DNA of 63,629 nucleotides, counting the filler, from Collodictyon triciliatum (Eukaryota), in assembly GCA_043381765.1 (NCBI GenBank). It is 17 parts of 17 records of this genome, joined end to end, with 100 filler letters (N's around TTAATTAATTAA, not from the genome) between each part and the next. Parts side by side here need not be neighbours in the genome. Positions count along the whole stretch, not along the records: positions 1 to 3,854 come from JBHJMP010006793.1; positions 3,955 to 7,808 come from JBHJMP010006794.1; positions 7,909 to 11,727 come from JBHJMP010006795.1; positions 11,828 to 14,876 come from JBHJMP010006797.1; 13 more parts are not named here. The stretch is one strand, 5' to 3'. A program made the translations under genes and the position numbers. The notes beneath the pieces were generated by a model. The model did no database searches, was not told where the DNA came from, and saw only the letters and a list, made by a program, of their open reading frames with translations. Below, piece after piece: positions 1 through 14,617 of the stretch. Within the stretch, counting starts at the first letter, position 1. The number at the start of each line of letters is the position of its first letter.

Positions 1-22
1 AGAAAGAAAATGATACAAATAG

Positions 23-127
23 GGCCAAAAAGAAGACAAGGTTTTGTTCGAATGCTCTCAACAAGACTTGAGCCTGCTTTATGACAAGCTGGAAATCCTC
101 CAGCAGCAACTCGATAAGCTAGCTTAG
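23..127 (+). CDS. COMMD10: COMM domain protein 10, last exon (partial)
   Basis: AG at 21-22, then GQKEDKVLFECSQQDLSLLYDKLEILQQQLDKLA*. Resembles the COMMD10 C-terminus ([29 protein letters not shown]). Confidence 0.75.
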   Translation, partial: GQKEDKVLFECSQQDLSLLYDKLEILQQQLDKLA

Positions 128-813
128 ACAAGCTTTGATACAGATGACCGACCCCATTATTGAAGCTTAAATAACAATTGGAGTGACTTCGAATGATTCT
201 AACCCAATAAAATCCTTAAAGAAAAAAACAGATAATCTTTTCGTTTGTATGCAACGATGTTTTTTTTTTCAATACATATATATATATATATTTCATTTTA
301 TGATGACTGGCATTGATAAAAATATTGAGGGATATAACAATCACATGTGAACAATTAGGCATACACAACAGAACGAAAAGCATCTTGGAAAAAAAATAAT
401 TCATGAGCGAAATATCCTTTGGAGCTCTGTGCGGGTGTGAATCCCCACCACGCTAGAAAAAGATAATCGAATGTGTTCATACCTTTTGTAGATAAAGAGG
501 GAGTTTTATCCTTTTATTGATTCTGGAATTTATATGATAAATTCCTAAAGTAATTCCATGAATTATTACGACAACCAACATATATTAAAATATCACACAT
601 ATATATATATGACAAAGCTAATTACTGCAAAAGCATATGTATAACAGCGCGCTTTCACCACAGCGCCGTCATTGGTCCAACACAACGATCGACCATGCAT
701 AGCAGCCTGGCCGCGAACTCACCTGCTTTGGAGGAGCCAGCAAAACACGGCAAAAATCGTCCAGCTCAAGTCTGACTTATTCGAGTCTTCATCGCACCAT
801 AAGCCCGGCCGCC

Positions 814-3550
<2,737 letters not shown>

Positions 3551-3854
3551 CGCCCACCGCGCTGGAAATAAAAACGCGCGCATAATCTTTTTAGAGCCTC
3601 AATCTGATAGACCCGCTCCACCCTTTTTCCATTTGCGGAATTCATATGGCCACCGAAGCCCACAGGCCATAGAACAATCAGCCCAGATTCTGCAGTCTTC
3701 TGCTGTCGATCATGAATCAGCCTCTAGATGCGGATGTTGGGGTGTGGATATACGAGCCATACAAATGCTTCAAGAAGCACTCATACCCGGCACGTGGTTT
3801 CTGTGCGAAGGATCAAAGTTTTCTTGTCCGCAACACCTTCTCCTGCTGCTTGCT

Positions 3855-3954
3855 NNNNNNNNNNNNNNNNNNNNNNNNNNNNNNNNNNNNNNNNNNNNTT
3901 AATTAATTAANNNNNNNNNNNNNNNNNNNNNNNNNNNNNNNNNNNNNNNNNNNN
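3855..3954. other. Artificial contig spacer (44 N + TTAATTAATTAA + 44 N), first of about 16
   Basis: The same 100-nt block, with stops in all six frames, recurs roughly every 3.94 kb (7809, 11728, 14877, 18823, 22768, 26713, 30658, 34602, 38546, 42490, 46433, 50379, 54320, 58256, 62196). Confidence 0.98.
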
Positions 3955-4335
3955 AAGGTGATGAAGCAGAGACACGGGTGCATGGTGTGGAAGGCAGATG
4001 GGAACAAGGGATAAAGTGCAAATATATGGCAATTGGTGTGCTGATTGATGTGGATTAATGAGAATATGTGCAGATCGATTTGGATAGAGTAGAAATGATG
4101 AGAAATTCTCAGAATTATGCAAATAAATGTGAATTGATTTGAGTTGGTGGGAAATGGCACGCATTGATATATGTAATACTGTGCAAGAAAATATACAGTA
4201 TATACATAAAAAATTAAAATCGCAGATAATAAATTAATAGTATGACATATCATCTATGATTGATACTGACTTTTTTAATTTTCATGTTACTTTTGTTGCA
4301 TCAAGAATGTTTATTTATGTTCATAGCGTATAAGG

Positions 4336-6692
4336 TTGATTATGTTATTTGGAATACGAGGGAATTTAATTACAACGACGCTGGTATATTTTTAGTGAAT
4401 AAGTTGGCCTCAAGACCTCTCATGCTAATGGATTTGTAGAATCTTATATGTCAAAAGAAATACTAGACCCGTGTGATTTATTTTTCATATTATTTTAAAA
4501 TCAAATCTTATGCACAATTGTTATAGTTCGATGAAATCTGGCCATGGATGATGTTGAAGTCTAGAGTCTAGGTATTGTAGGAATGTATGTGATGAGATTA
4601 TTATTGATACTTACTAGGCGCATAGGAGGGAATCTTAAATTCAGTTCCTGCTCCGACCTGACATGTAGCCCAATCCAACTTGTGTCACTACTTTGCAGCG
4701 AAGGTACAACTGTATTATTGGGCTGTAGAAGAAAAGGTAATGCATCAAATACAAAACCTCCGTCTTTTTGGACAAATTGAAAGGAAGAAAAAGAAAAAAA
4801 AGGTAATAGAAAGGCAACTTTGTTAAAACGAAATAAAGTACAATATCGCTATGCAGATGTTATTTATTAAAATATATCGAACTTTAGGACGGTGTAGGTA
4901 GGTTCAATATAGGGATGCGCTTACGATAAATTGAAAAAAAAATTATCGATGAGTTTTATGTTCAACTTTATGTAACCAGTTCATTTTTTGTATGGCATAA
5001 CCTCGCTGCACTTTGAATCGAATAAAGGAAAAAAAATATTACCAGTTCATCCATTATTATTATTATTGCTATGATTTGTGTGTATCAGCAACACCATCAT
5101 TAATGCGTAAATAATGTGATTTTTTTAAATAAAAAGAGTGTATGGGCCGCATTATCATTGTTAGCTCTTAAGTAGCGTCCATGTAAACGATGGCTAGCGA
5201 ACCAAAGCCAACACCCCCTCGGTCCTGCACAAAAGTTGAAAGGAAGAATAAAAAAAAATCATTGTTAGCTCTTGAAGACCGCGATTACGCTTGCAGTGTG
5301 CAGTGGCTTATTGATATCTCAAAATCTTATTATGCATCATTTGTCAATGAATTATTAAGAAGAGTCGAATGGTTGAGTAAATCAAGTGGCTCATCATTAT
5401 TATTTGAGACGAAATGAATATAATATAAAAAGAATATATTCATGGTTCGTGAAATATATTATTTGTAAATTCATATTTAGAATTTGATTATGTTAAAAAA
5501 ATCCAGTATGATGAAAGTGATTAACTAGTTTTTGTGCCGGAAATATGGTTTATACTGCACTATCTATTACATATTGGTCTTTGTGATTGATGGCTTACAT
5601 AAAAATGATTAGGCAAATTTTACTAGAAAGAAACTTTTTGAATTTTATTTTTATTGGAACTTAGTTATCTTTGATATATTTGTTTACTTTTTAAAGGGTT
5701 AAGTTTGATTATTTGGGATATAGTTTATTTATTTATTTTAAAGCATCAGAGCGATATAAAATTATTACTGATGGTGACCATAACACGATTTAAAATAGTT
5801 ACAAATATACTTTGACATACGTTAAACTTATGAGCAGGTTTTTTGGCATGCTTAAAATACTTTTGAGAGTTTATCTTCCTTCATATAGCATTACGTTGAT
5901 AGATTAGGGTTTATACGTATTTGCAGTGTGGATAAATTTTGGTGAATTTTTTAATTTTAGTATTTGGCCCAAAATATATGTATGCTTGAGTGCGTATGGC
6001 TCGATAGTATTATGAGGCAAGTTAATATCTTATTGCTATTAAGAATGGGCATTTTATGTTTAGTTATGGAAAAAATATAATTATATTTTATGTCTATGTT
6101 AAAATGTTGCATGTTTTTTTTATGTTTTTTTACTTGAAAACATAATTTGGTATTTTTGTCTAATTTATCTTTCGATTAATTTGTGTTTCATCATGCTATT
6201 TATTTGTTTAATTATTGATGTATGATTAAAAGGTTAAAAATTACTTGGTTTGCTAGACATATTTTTGTTCTTGAGTCAATTTATTTTCCATTGGCCATAT
6301 TCTAATGCACATATCCAAACATAACGAATACATTGATAATTGAATGATGATGGACATGATTAAACTTTAAGAAAGATTTGTAATCGCCTAAGGCATAAAT
6401 ATAATCGTAGGTTAAAGTCGACTATATTGAGTGTGAAAATGGAAGTCGTGTACAGTGCTGCTTGAAAATACCGAACTATTTGACGAAAACACACTTACCC
6501 CAGGTAACCTACCTCAATTTATTTGAGCTTGATTATGAGCCGTCGTGCTTAAATAATTCCATATTTTAAAAGAGTTGTGCAGAATAAAATTATTTAGCAG
6601 ATTACAATCTTAAAACAAATAAAAATGTCTTTTATCACAAGATTTTATTATTAGGATATGTCAATAATTGCTCACGGATGCAGCCGACTTGA
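4336..6692 (+). CDS. Possible multi-exon hypothetical protein
   Basis: Several AG/GT-bounded open segments (VDYVIWNTREFNYNDA, VQWLIDISKSYYASFVNELLRRVEW, VKVDYIECENGSRVQCCLKIPNYLTKTHLPQ, DMSIIAHGCSRLE). No family recognised. Confidence 0.3.
4985..5036 (+). mobile_element. Retroposon tail family B, truncated copy with TSD
   Basis: TATGGCATAACCTCGCTGCACTTTGAATCGAATAAAGG-A8, flanked by ACCAGTTCAT at 4975-4984 and 5041-5050. Confidence 0.7.
5170..5257 (+). mobile_element. LINE tail family A, 5'-truncated copy with 16-bp TSD
   Basis: Ends AAAGGAAGAAT-A9. ATCATTGTTAGCTCTT at 5154-5169 and 5258-5273. Body matches 31079-31130. Confidence 0.85.
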
Positions 6693-6869
6693 GGTATGCT
6701 TCACGGATGAATGTGCATATCTGCTACATAATATGTAAGATTAGCAGTGGGTGGCAGTTTGTAACATCGCTAGTTACCGTGTATAATGCCTTCTCTGGTG
6801 TCAAATATTGATAAATGCTACAATAGTATAATTATCATTTTTGAATATAGGATGGTGATAAGGTTTATT

Positions 6870-6910
6870 TTTTTTTATTCTTCCTTTCAATTTTGTGCAG
6901 GATGGTGGAG
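6870..6910 (-). mobile_element. LINE tail family A copy (runs into a gap)
   Basis: T-run then ATTCTTCCTTTCAATTTTGTGCAGGATGG, the reverse complement of the family A tail. Confidence 0.7.
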
Positions 6911-7426
6911 NNNNNNNNNNNNNNNNNNNNNNNNNNNNNNNNNNNNNNNNNNNNNNNNNNNNNNNNNNNNNNNNNNNNNNNNNNNNNNNNNNNNNNNNNN
7001 NNNNNNNNNNNNNNNNNNNNNNNNNNNNNNNNNNNNNNNNNNNNNNNNNNNNNNNNNNNNNNNNNNNNNNNNNNNNNNNNNNNNNNNNNNNNNNNNNNNN
7101 NNNNNNNNNNNNNNNNNNNNNNNNNNNNNNNNNNNNNNNNNNNNNNNNNNNNNNNNNNNNNNNNNNNNNNNNNNNNNNNNNNNNNNNNNNNNNNNNNNNN
7201 NNNNNNNNNNNNNNNNNNNNNNNNNNNNNNNNNNNNNNNNNNNNNNNNNNNNNNNNNNNNNNNNNNNNNNNNNNNNNNNNNNNNNNNNNNNNNNNNNNNN
7301 NNNNNNNNNNNNNNNNNNNNNNNNNNNNNNNCGTTGATCTGATCTATAACTCACAACGCGAATGAGTGTGGTGATCGCACTGAGAGACATAATTGAGAGG
7401 AACATAAAAAAATCACAGTAATTAAG

Positions 7427-7744
7427 ATGAAGTCTGTTTTGCTGAGAAACAATAAACACTGAGAAAAAAAAAGGCACATTTTCCAGAAAATAATATCAAT
7501 ACACTGACTTTCTCTCCTTCTTCCAACCCGCCACATTCTAAAGAAAAAAAAAAAACACGCAAGCGATCGGAAAGAGCGATCCTGAGAAGGACGAGACCGC
7601 CAACTAGGAGACCGAAAAGGTCACTTAACCACATCCCATGCAACACAGGTTATGCACCGAGACACACCGACGACCGAGACACCAGCTGCCACCGACCCGT
7701 GAGTACAACAAACTACTAATAAGATGGAGTGAGCTCTTTGAAAC

Positions 7745-7808
<64 letters not shown>
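7427..7808 (+). mobile_element. Repeat family C with (AAT)n tail, copy 1
   Basis: Colinear with 11910-12317 (e.g. CCGACCCGTGAGTACAACAAACTACTAATAAGA in both). Ends in about 20 AAT units. Confidence 0.7.
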
Positions 7809-8128
7809 NNNNNNNNNNNNNNNNNNNNNNNNNNNNNNNNNNNNNNNNNNNNTTAATTAATTAANNNNNNNNNNNNNNNNNNNNNNNNNNNNNNNNNNNN
7901 NNNNNNNNAAAAAAAGAGAGAATAAAAGAGAGAATAAAAGAGAGAATAAAAGAGAGAATAAAAGAGAGAATAAAAGAGAGAATAAAAGAGAGAATAAAAG
8001 AGAGAATAAAAATAAAAAACAAGGGAAAGAAAATCAAGGACATGTGGGCCTTACAATAAAATAATATTTCAGTATATATCAAATGTTATCAAACGATGAA
8101 AAGATATGAACTCAAACTTGCAAATTAC

Positions 8129-11100
8129 CCATTCATGTGTTGGAAAAAAAGAATTTGTTGGTTTTGATTCATCTAAGTATAATTTCATACATTAGGAACC
8201 AATCAACATCGAGCTAGATATTTATTACTATCACATGTCTGATGTGAACAAGAGAATTATATTATTATATTCAGTATGATACATACCTAAGGTTGGCGAT
8301 GAATTTAATGCAGAGAGCTGTGATGGTTTCAGAATTTGGGTTCGTCGTAGTTGAATAGACTTTTGTCTCGGTGAAGCACTTTGAGAGACATTTGAAGAAA
8401 AACCGCTAAGATTTAGTTGACTTGGCAACATTCTCTTGTGAATCGTCGGCTCAACAGAATGCGATTCGACTCTTGGTAGTAATTCAGAGGGGACTTGCGC
8501 GAGTTGTACAAACATGTTGGCATGCAAGAGAACAGATTGTACAACATATGGATTCCCTAATAGCCCATAATTGTGAATTATATAAAGAATTACATTAAAT
8601 ACCATTTTTTTAACAAACCTGAAGATTGGTATACAAGAATATTATCTACCATTTCCAAAAAGAAGGATATATATGTGTAATTGCTTTCATTCGCATATAG
8701 GAATTTGGTATTTGCGAATATTTTCATAAGTGCAAATATTTTTGAAGTCGCTGTCAGAGATACTTTTTTCAAATATGGAGATATGTTTGACAAAACAGTC
8801 AAAAGACATGGATGCAAAGGCTTAAATACTTTCGGTGACTCTGTAAAAACCTTGTATATCGTCTATGTTTTTTGTATTTTTTTTTATTTTATCGAATAGG
8901 TGAAAAAGAAAAGGGCTTGATTATACTGTACTAGTTAACCAAATTTGAATAATATATATATATATATTTTACCAGAATAACCGAATCCGCATAACTTCCA
9001 TAAAATACAGGCAGGGCGGGATGTTTCGATACTTCAAAAGATTCGTTTAGCTGAACCGAAAAAAGCCGATATCCACTCAAATGCATGATTGTGTAGAAAG
9101 TCACGGACAGAAATCCATACATGTCTAATATTTCAAGAGAATAAATAAACTATTTGCTTTTACTATTAATCGGCTCATTTTTTTATAAGATTTACCTCAA
9201 CTTGAGTAAAATATGTAAATTCAATTCTAACCTGACCTTGTGCGGTATTCATTGATGAGATAAATAATCGGATATACAATTTTGCATATATTTTCTCGAG
9301 CAAGCAAGAATGTAAGGAAGTCCTGAATAATTGATTTCATGAGCTGATTCTTGGAAAAAAACCAAAAACCAAAAACCAAAAACCAAAAACCAAAAACCAA
9401 AAACCAAAAACCAAAAACCAAAAACCAAAAACCAAAAACCAAAAACCAAAAACCAAAAACCAAAAACCAAAAACCAAAAACCAAAAACCAAAAACCAAAA
9501 ACCACGCACACAATACGTACAATCCAAAAAAACAAACAAACATAATACCACAAAAAGGGGACGAGGAGAAAACACAATTACAAAGAAAAGGCATATATGC
9601 GTGATTACGCACAGAATGAGAAATGAATTCAAGGAAGAAACTACCTCATTCAATTCAACAAACTTCCAAAAGAAAAACACCAGCTCTTGATAACAGGTGA
9701 CCCCTTTCGTCGAGTTTGGAAGATAAGTTGACGCTGCGGTGATAGGTGATTCCAGAGAGCGAACAATACTGTGATAAATTCTTGAAAATTGGGTTAAGTC
9801 GTCCATATTCTGCAGCATTGCATGAAACAAATTGAAGGCGACCTCCTATTTTCGTTTTATTAATGGAAAAACGAATACGATCTAAATAAATTATACTCGC
9901 ATTCAAAAACCATCATATGAAGTGGCGTTTAATAAATGTATGCCAAGGCAGTATACGATACAAAAAAATTTACTTCAAAAACAGAAAATCGAGATGCAAA
10001 GATGTATTCATTTAAATGACAAATAAATGTGATGCGATTACATACTCCATCTTCAAAATAGTAAAATTGCTGCACGCATCTGCTAGCCAAAAACAAATTA
10101 ATTTTTTTTATTAAAAAAAAGGCGTATTAATATCTTTTATAAAATGAAAACACTCTTACTCTGGAAGAAGCCTTCTTTCTGGAACATTATAATCAAGCAG
10201 TATGTTCAGTAATTGAAGGGAAGCGTGCAATAATGGCTCATGCTGGTCAACAGTTACATAGCTAGAGTACCTTAGGAGGCATGAAAATGGTTCGTTTATC
10301 ACATTACATATCTATAGAAAAATGATAGAAAATGAAATTCATACGGAATACCCCAACCAACAGGGTCGTAGTGAAGAATGACATTTATGAGTGATCCAAT
10401 GATAGGACCAGTAAATTCGATTATTTGAGAGGAAAAATAAAAGATCCACGGGCTACAGATTGTCGACGAATCTGGGGTTTTAAGAATTATTAGAAATACT
10501 CGGTTTCATTTTTTTTTTCAAAGAGAGAGGTGAAGCGTAATTACTATCACCACAGCCAAGTACTCTAGATCAGATAAGTTCGACTATATTCATTTAATAC
10601 CTATTTTTTCGTAGATCTTATCTGACATACACACCACTAGGGCACGCAAGACTAATTGTCTGTTTGTAAAATATATACCCTCGTCATTTGCCATATCTGT
10701 GTTTACCGAATTAAACCTGAAGATCAAGAGTTTGTTATAAACTGCACATGATACACAAAAGAGCAAAGTTTCGATAAGTAGATGATAGAGTGACTTTACC
10801 ATATTATATTTTTAATGACGCTATTTTCCCATGATATTGTAAAATTTGGTAAAAATAATAGACGTGCCAACGATTTCAAAAGTTTTGCCCCTAATGGGAT
10901 GCATTCTGGAAGCATGGAGGCAGATATATTCAAATCACTAGTTTCATCTATTTTAAATTGAACATGAATAAGGTCGCATACCTACATGGCGATGCATATA
11001 TATATATATTCAACAGAAATACACGGCGTTGATGTCTCAGAAATACTGTACCGAGTATGTTGAGCATTTTATTTGACGTATTCCAGAATATCTGAAGATA

Positions 11101-11308
11101 TGTTCATTAGCGTGATGGTTTCTAAACGATACAGCTTTTTGTATGAAATAAAATCACAAGTGCAAACCTTTTCGGATATATTCTCTTCAGGAATCTCATG
11201 TAAAAACGGCATGAATCTTATCAGTAACAATAGACAAGATTTAAGGTAGGTCATATCACCTCTACTTGATATTACGCCATCAGCACATATAATAATGGCA
11301 TCTGAGAC
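8129..11308 (-). CDS. HID1: HID1/Ecm30 family Golgi protein, multi-exon, both ends off-contig
   Basis: Exon peptides SCLLLLIRFMPFLHE, TYLPNSTKGVTCYQELVFFFWKF, HLSGYRLFSVQLN, HPCLLTVLSNISPYLKKVS, FFLEMVDNILVYQSSGNPYVV and FFPTHEW, in HID1 order. Confidence 0.88.
9355..9503. repeat. (AAAAACC)n intronic microsatellite
   Basis: About 21 perfect 7-mers inside a HID1 intron. Confidence 0.95.
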
Positions 11309-11374
11309 CTGAGTGGAGTGGTATTAATTCACCGCGCACAAGATTACAAGCTATCAAAAATCATTTTTCACGTC

Positions 11375-11727
11375 AATAATACCAATAATACCAATAATAC
11401 CAATAATACCAATAATACCAATAATAAATACCAATAATACCAATAATACCAATAATACCAATAATACCAATAATACCAATAATACCAATAATACCAATAA
11501 TACCAATAACAATAATAATAACAATAATAATAACAATAATAATAACAATAATAATAACAATAATAATAACAATAATAATAATAATAACAATAATAATAAT
11601 AACAATAATAATAATAACAATAATAATAACAATAATAATAACAATAATAATAACAATAATAATAACAATAATAATAACAATAATAATAACAATAATAATA
11701 ACAATAATAATAACAATAATAATAATA
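11375..11727. repeat. Compound (AATAATACC)n / (AATAATAAC)n microsatellite
   Basis: Read directly; the contig ends in it. Confidence 0.95.
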
Positions 11728-11909
11728 NNNNNNNNNNNNNNNNNNNNNNNNNNNNNNNNNNNNNNNNNNNNTTAATTAATTAANNNNNNNNNNNNNNNNN
11801 NNNNNNNNNNNNNNNNNNNNNNNNNNNAAAAAGGGAACGAAAAAGTGGGGAAAAAAATTAAAAAAGCAAAAATTGAAGGAAGAAAAAAAAAAAAAAAAAA
11901 AAACAATAA

Positions 11910-12317
11910 TGAAGAAAAAGTCAGATTCGCTGAGAAACAAGCACTGGCAGAGAAAGAAGGACACATTCCCCAGAAAATAATATTATTGCTCTGGCGTTCT
12001 CTCCTTCTTCTCTCAACCCGCCACATTCTGAAGCCGAAATGAAAAAGCAAGCAAGTAAGCAAGGAAGTGAGTGATCGAAAAGAGGGATCCTGAGAAGGAA
12101 GAGACCGACGCCGCAGCCCTGCGCCAATTAACGCAAAACGAGTGTGGCGACGTAGCCGACCCAGAGAGCAAAAAGGTCACTTTACCGCATCCCTTTACAA
12201 CACAGGCTATGCACCGAGACACACTGACGATCAAGAAGCCAGCTGCCACCGACCCGTGAGTACAACAAACTACTAATAAGACGGAGCGAGCTATTTGAAA
12301 CAAATAATAATAATAAA
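11910..12317 (+). mobile_element. Repeat family C, copy 2
   Basis: Colinear with 7427-7746, with an extra segment near 12120-12160. Ends TTTGAAAC-A(AAT)4. Confidence 0.7.
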
Positions 12318-12781
12318 GGGAGAAAAAAAAAAAAAACAAAGATGGATCAAGCTCCTATGGTGGAGCATGGTAGAAGCGAAATGATATCTTTTGCACATGG
12401 AGCATAAGCCTGCAACACGCTGTGAGCACAACTCCGTGGCACGGACGACTCCAACGCACCTAGCCTGCTATCACAGTGAGATCTCAAAAGATACAATATT
12501 GCAACCCATAGAACAATACAACAAATACTTTTTTATTCTTTGATATTAAGATTATGTGTAAAATGAAGAATAAAGTAAAGTCATACATTCCCCTCAATGA
12601 AGTGGGGTAAAACAGTTGCGTATAAAAACAGCGAATAAGTTTTATGTCTTTTGAAACGGTTGACGTATTTTATTTACGGCTTTTATGATAATAAATGATA
12701 TTTTAAAAAGTTTGAATATTGAATGACATATTAGTATAAATGGAAAAAACGATATAGTTCGATTTGACGGAGCAAGAAGGC

Positions 12782-13289
12782 AAGCAAAAGGGTAATTTCA
12801 TCACGTCCAGTCGGCATGAGCGACGATCCAGTTTCCAAATATTTGTGTAAAAAATAAGAAAAGTGGCTGCAAAATGAGGATCAAGATGAAGCTAAAAGAA
12901 AAAAGGAAAAAAAAAAAAAACAACATTAGTGAGGGAGAGAAAAAGCGGTCTTTCAAAAGTCAACAGGCAAAGTGAGGCGCCTGAAGAAAGGGAAGGCAGA
13001 CTTTCAAAGATGCGGGTTTACGAAAGACAAAGACGGTAATGGGAGATGCTCCATCAAAGAGATGGAAGGCTCCACGACCAAGCGATTCGCGCAAGGAATC
13101 GAAGAGAGCAAGAGACTCCTGAAGAAAGACTGAAAGGCCTCAAGTTCAAGCCATCAACTCACGGCCAGCAAGATAAGTATGATTATAGTGCTCGGTATCA
13201 GTTTCTCTGATTCATTAAACTGTTTCATTTTCTTTTTTTCCTTTTTCTTTTCCTTTCTCATCCCGTTAAAGCACGGGTACCCTTACTAG
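12782..13289 (+). mobile_element. Non-autonomous Helitron-like element, copy 1 (5' end undefined)
   Basis: 3' hairpin CCCGT-TAAAGC-ACGGG (13262-13277), then CTAG at 13286-13289 followed by T. Homologous to 41191-41689. Confidence 0.65.
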
Positions 13290-13639
13290 TATAACGTAAA
13301 TGCAAATATCGAAGCGTGACAAACTCGATTTCGCCGACCAGTAATGCAAACGCGACTACTTTCACAGAAAAGACAATATGAAGTGATTTATTATTACTAA
13401 CCATTTTGGTTTGTGCCATGACCATGCGGTATTGTTAAAGCGGTTGGCGCATCGGAGCACTCCACTTTGTTATCACACATCGATATAATAACCTCAGCGA
13501 CACACTCAATCGCACTCTAAACAAGATTTATTTGCAGCCGACCAGATACAATCTATTTTTATTTGTTTTTTTTTTATTTAAGGCTGGGTGGTGAGTTGGA
13601 GCCATTGGGGTGCACTGCGGCATGACAACCTTGCGAGAA

Positions 13640-14617
13640 TTAGATGGAGTCATCAGATTTTCCACCGGGTCCCAAGCGATAGATGATGGTACTGGGTGTG
13701 GAAGAGGGTTACTTGGACATGACAAGTTGAAAAAACAGAGACACAACATGATTTCACTACGAACGTGGCTATTGTTACCTCAAAAAGATGAAGGCCACTT
13801 GCAGGATAAGAGAGATTCCGGGCCAATCACTCTTGGGGTCTTTCAGGAGGCATCATAAATAACCAGAATTTTTAAAATGCCGCGACCGATTGTTCGGATG
13901 AGGATGTGTCATTAGCTTTGCTTGAAAACCACTCAAAAAAAATGAAGTAAAAGATTTTACTAGGTGATGTAATACACAGGACGAATGCAACTTACTCTCC
14001 CCAGTCCACCGGACAACATAGATCCAAATGGCCGCTATAGTTACATGTGTGCGGAGCAGTAATTAGAAGGGTTGATGCCACAAAATCAGATGTTGTCTCG
14101 CAAAATAACATACCGATCAGTGAGCCCAGAAGGATAAGGAATGAGAAAAATAGCCAGATTTTGGCCTTGATGGCCACGTTTGTACCGGTAAACATGATGG
14201 GGTCGGCGTTGATAGCATCAACAGGAACTATGTTCACCCTGTCAGCAGAGAAATACAATTAAATGAAAGTCTTTGACAGGCAACTTTAAAATTCGAGATT
14301 ATTCGTTCGTCGTTTCATTTTAAGTGGTTTTGCGGTATATGAGTAGGAAAATAAGGCTAAACATGAAGAAAGCTATGGTGGCGACGATTCCTGGAAAGTA
14401 GAACCCGGCAGTGATATCCACGGTATCATTCGTGAATGTGGCGTATGACTAAGTGGGGCAGTGTTTGTAATCAGTTAAGAGGTCGTCAACAAGACTTCCT
14501 TTGGCACAGGAGAATAGAGAAAAGAGTGAGAATGAACGCATGTTTGGTATAAATTAAATAAAGTATTAGCAGCTTTCGTACAGCTCCATCAATCCAGATC
14601 CACCAGCCGATGCCAAA
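13640..14617 (-). CDS. TMEM50: TMEM50/Vps68 (UPF0220) membrane protein, 5' partial
   Basis: FGIGWWIWIDGA, YFPGIVATIAFFM, AKIWLFFSFLILLGSLI, AAIWI, WPGISLILQVAFIFLSTIIYRLG...*. Confidence 0.85.

Noticed and set aside
405-455. tRNA-like fragment (GGGTGTGAATCCCCACCA) and ATATCCTTT U12-like donor
   Set aside because: No D-arm or acceptor stem can be built, the T-loop is non-canonical, and the site is intergenic with no exon context.
3899-3910. Regularly spaced TTAATTAATTAA as a biological repeat or CRISPR-like array
   Set aside because: It always sits centred in 44+44 Ns; it is a six-frame-stop assembly linker.
8906-8918. AAAAAGGGCTT resembling the U11 snRNA 5' end
   Set aside because: The match stops after 11 nt, with no following stem-loops or Sm site.
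9355-9503. (TTTTTGG)n, and (TTGGTTGT)n at the window end, as telomeric repeats
   Set aside because: The first is inside an intron; both are just two of many unrelated microsatellites.
11354-11716. Poly-L/I/N/K/F/Y/T ORFs and X-rich ORFs in the track
   Set aside because: They are translations of microsatellites and N gaps.
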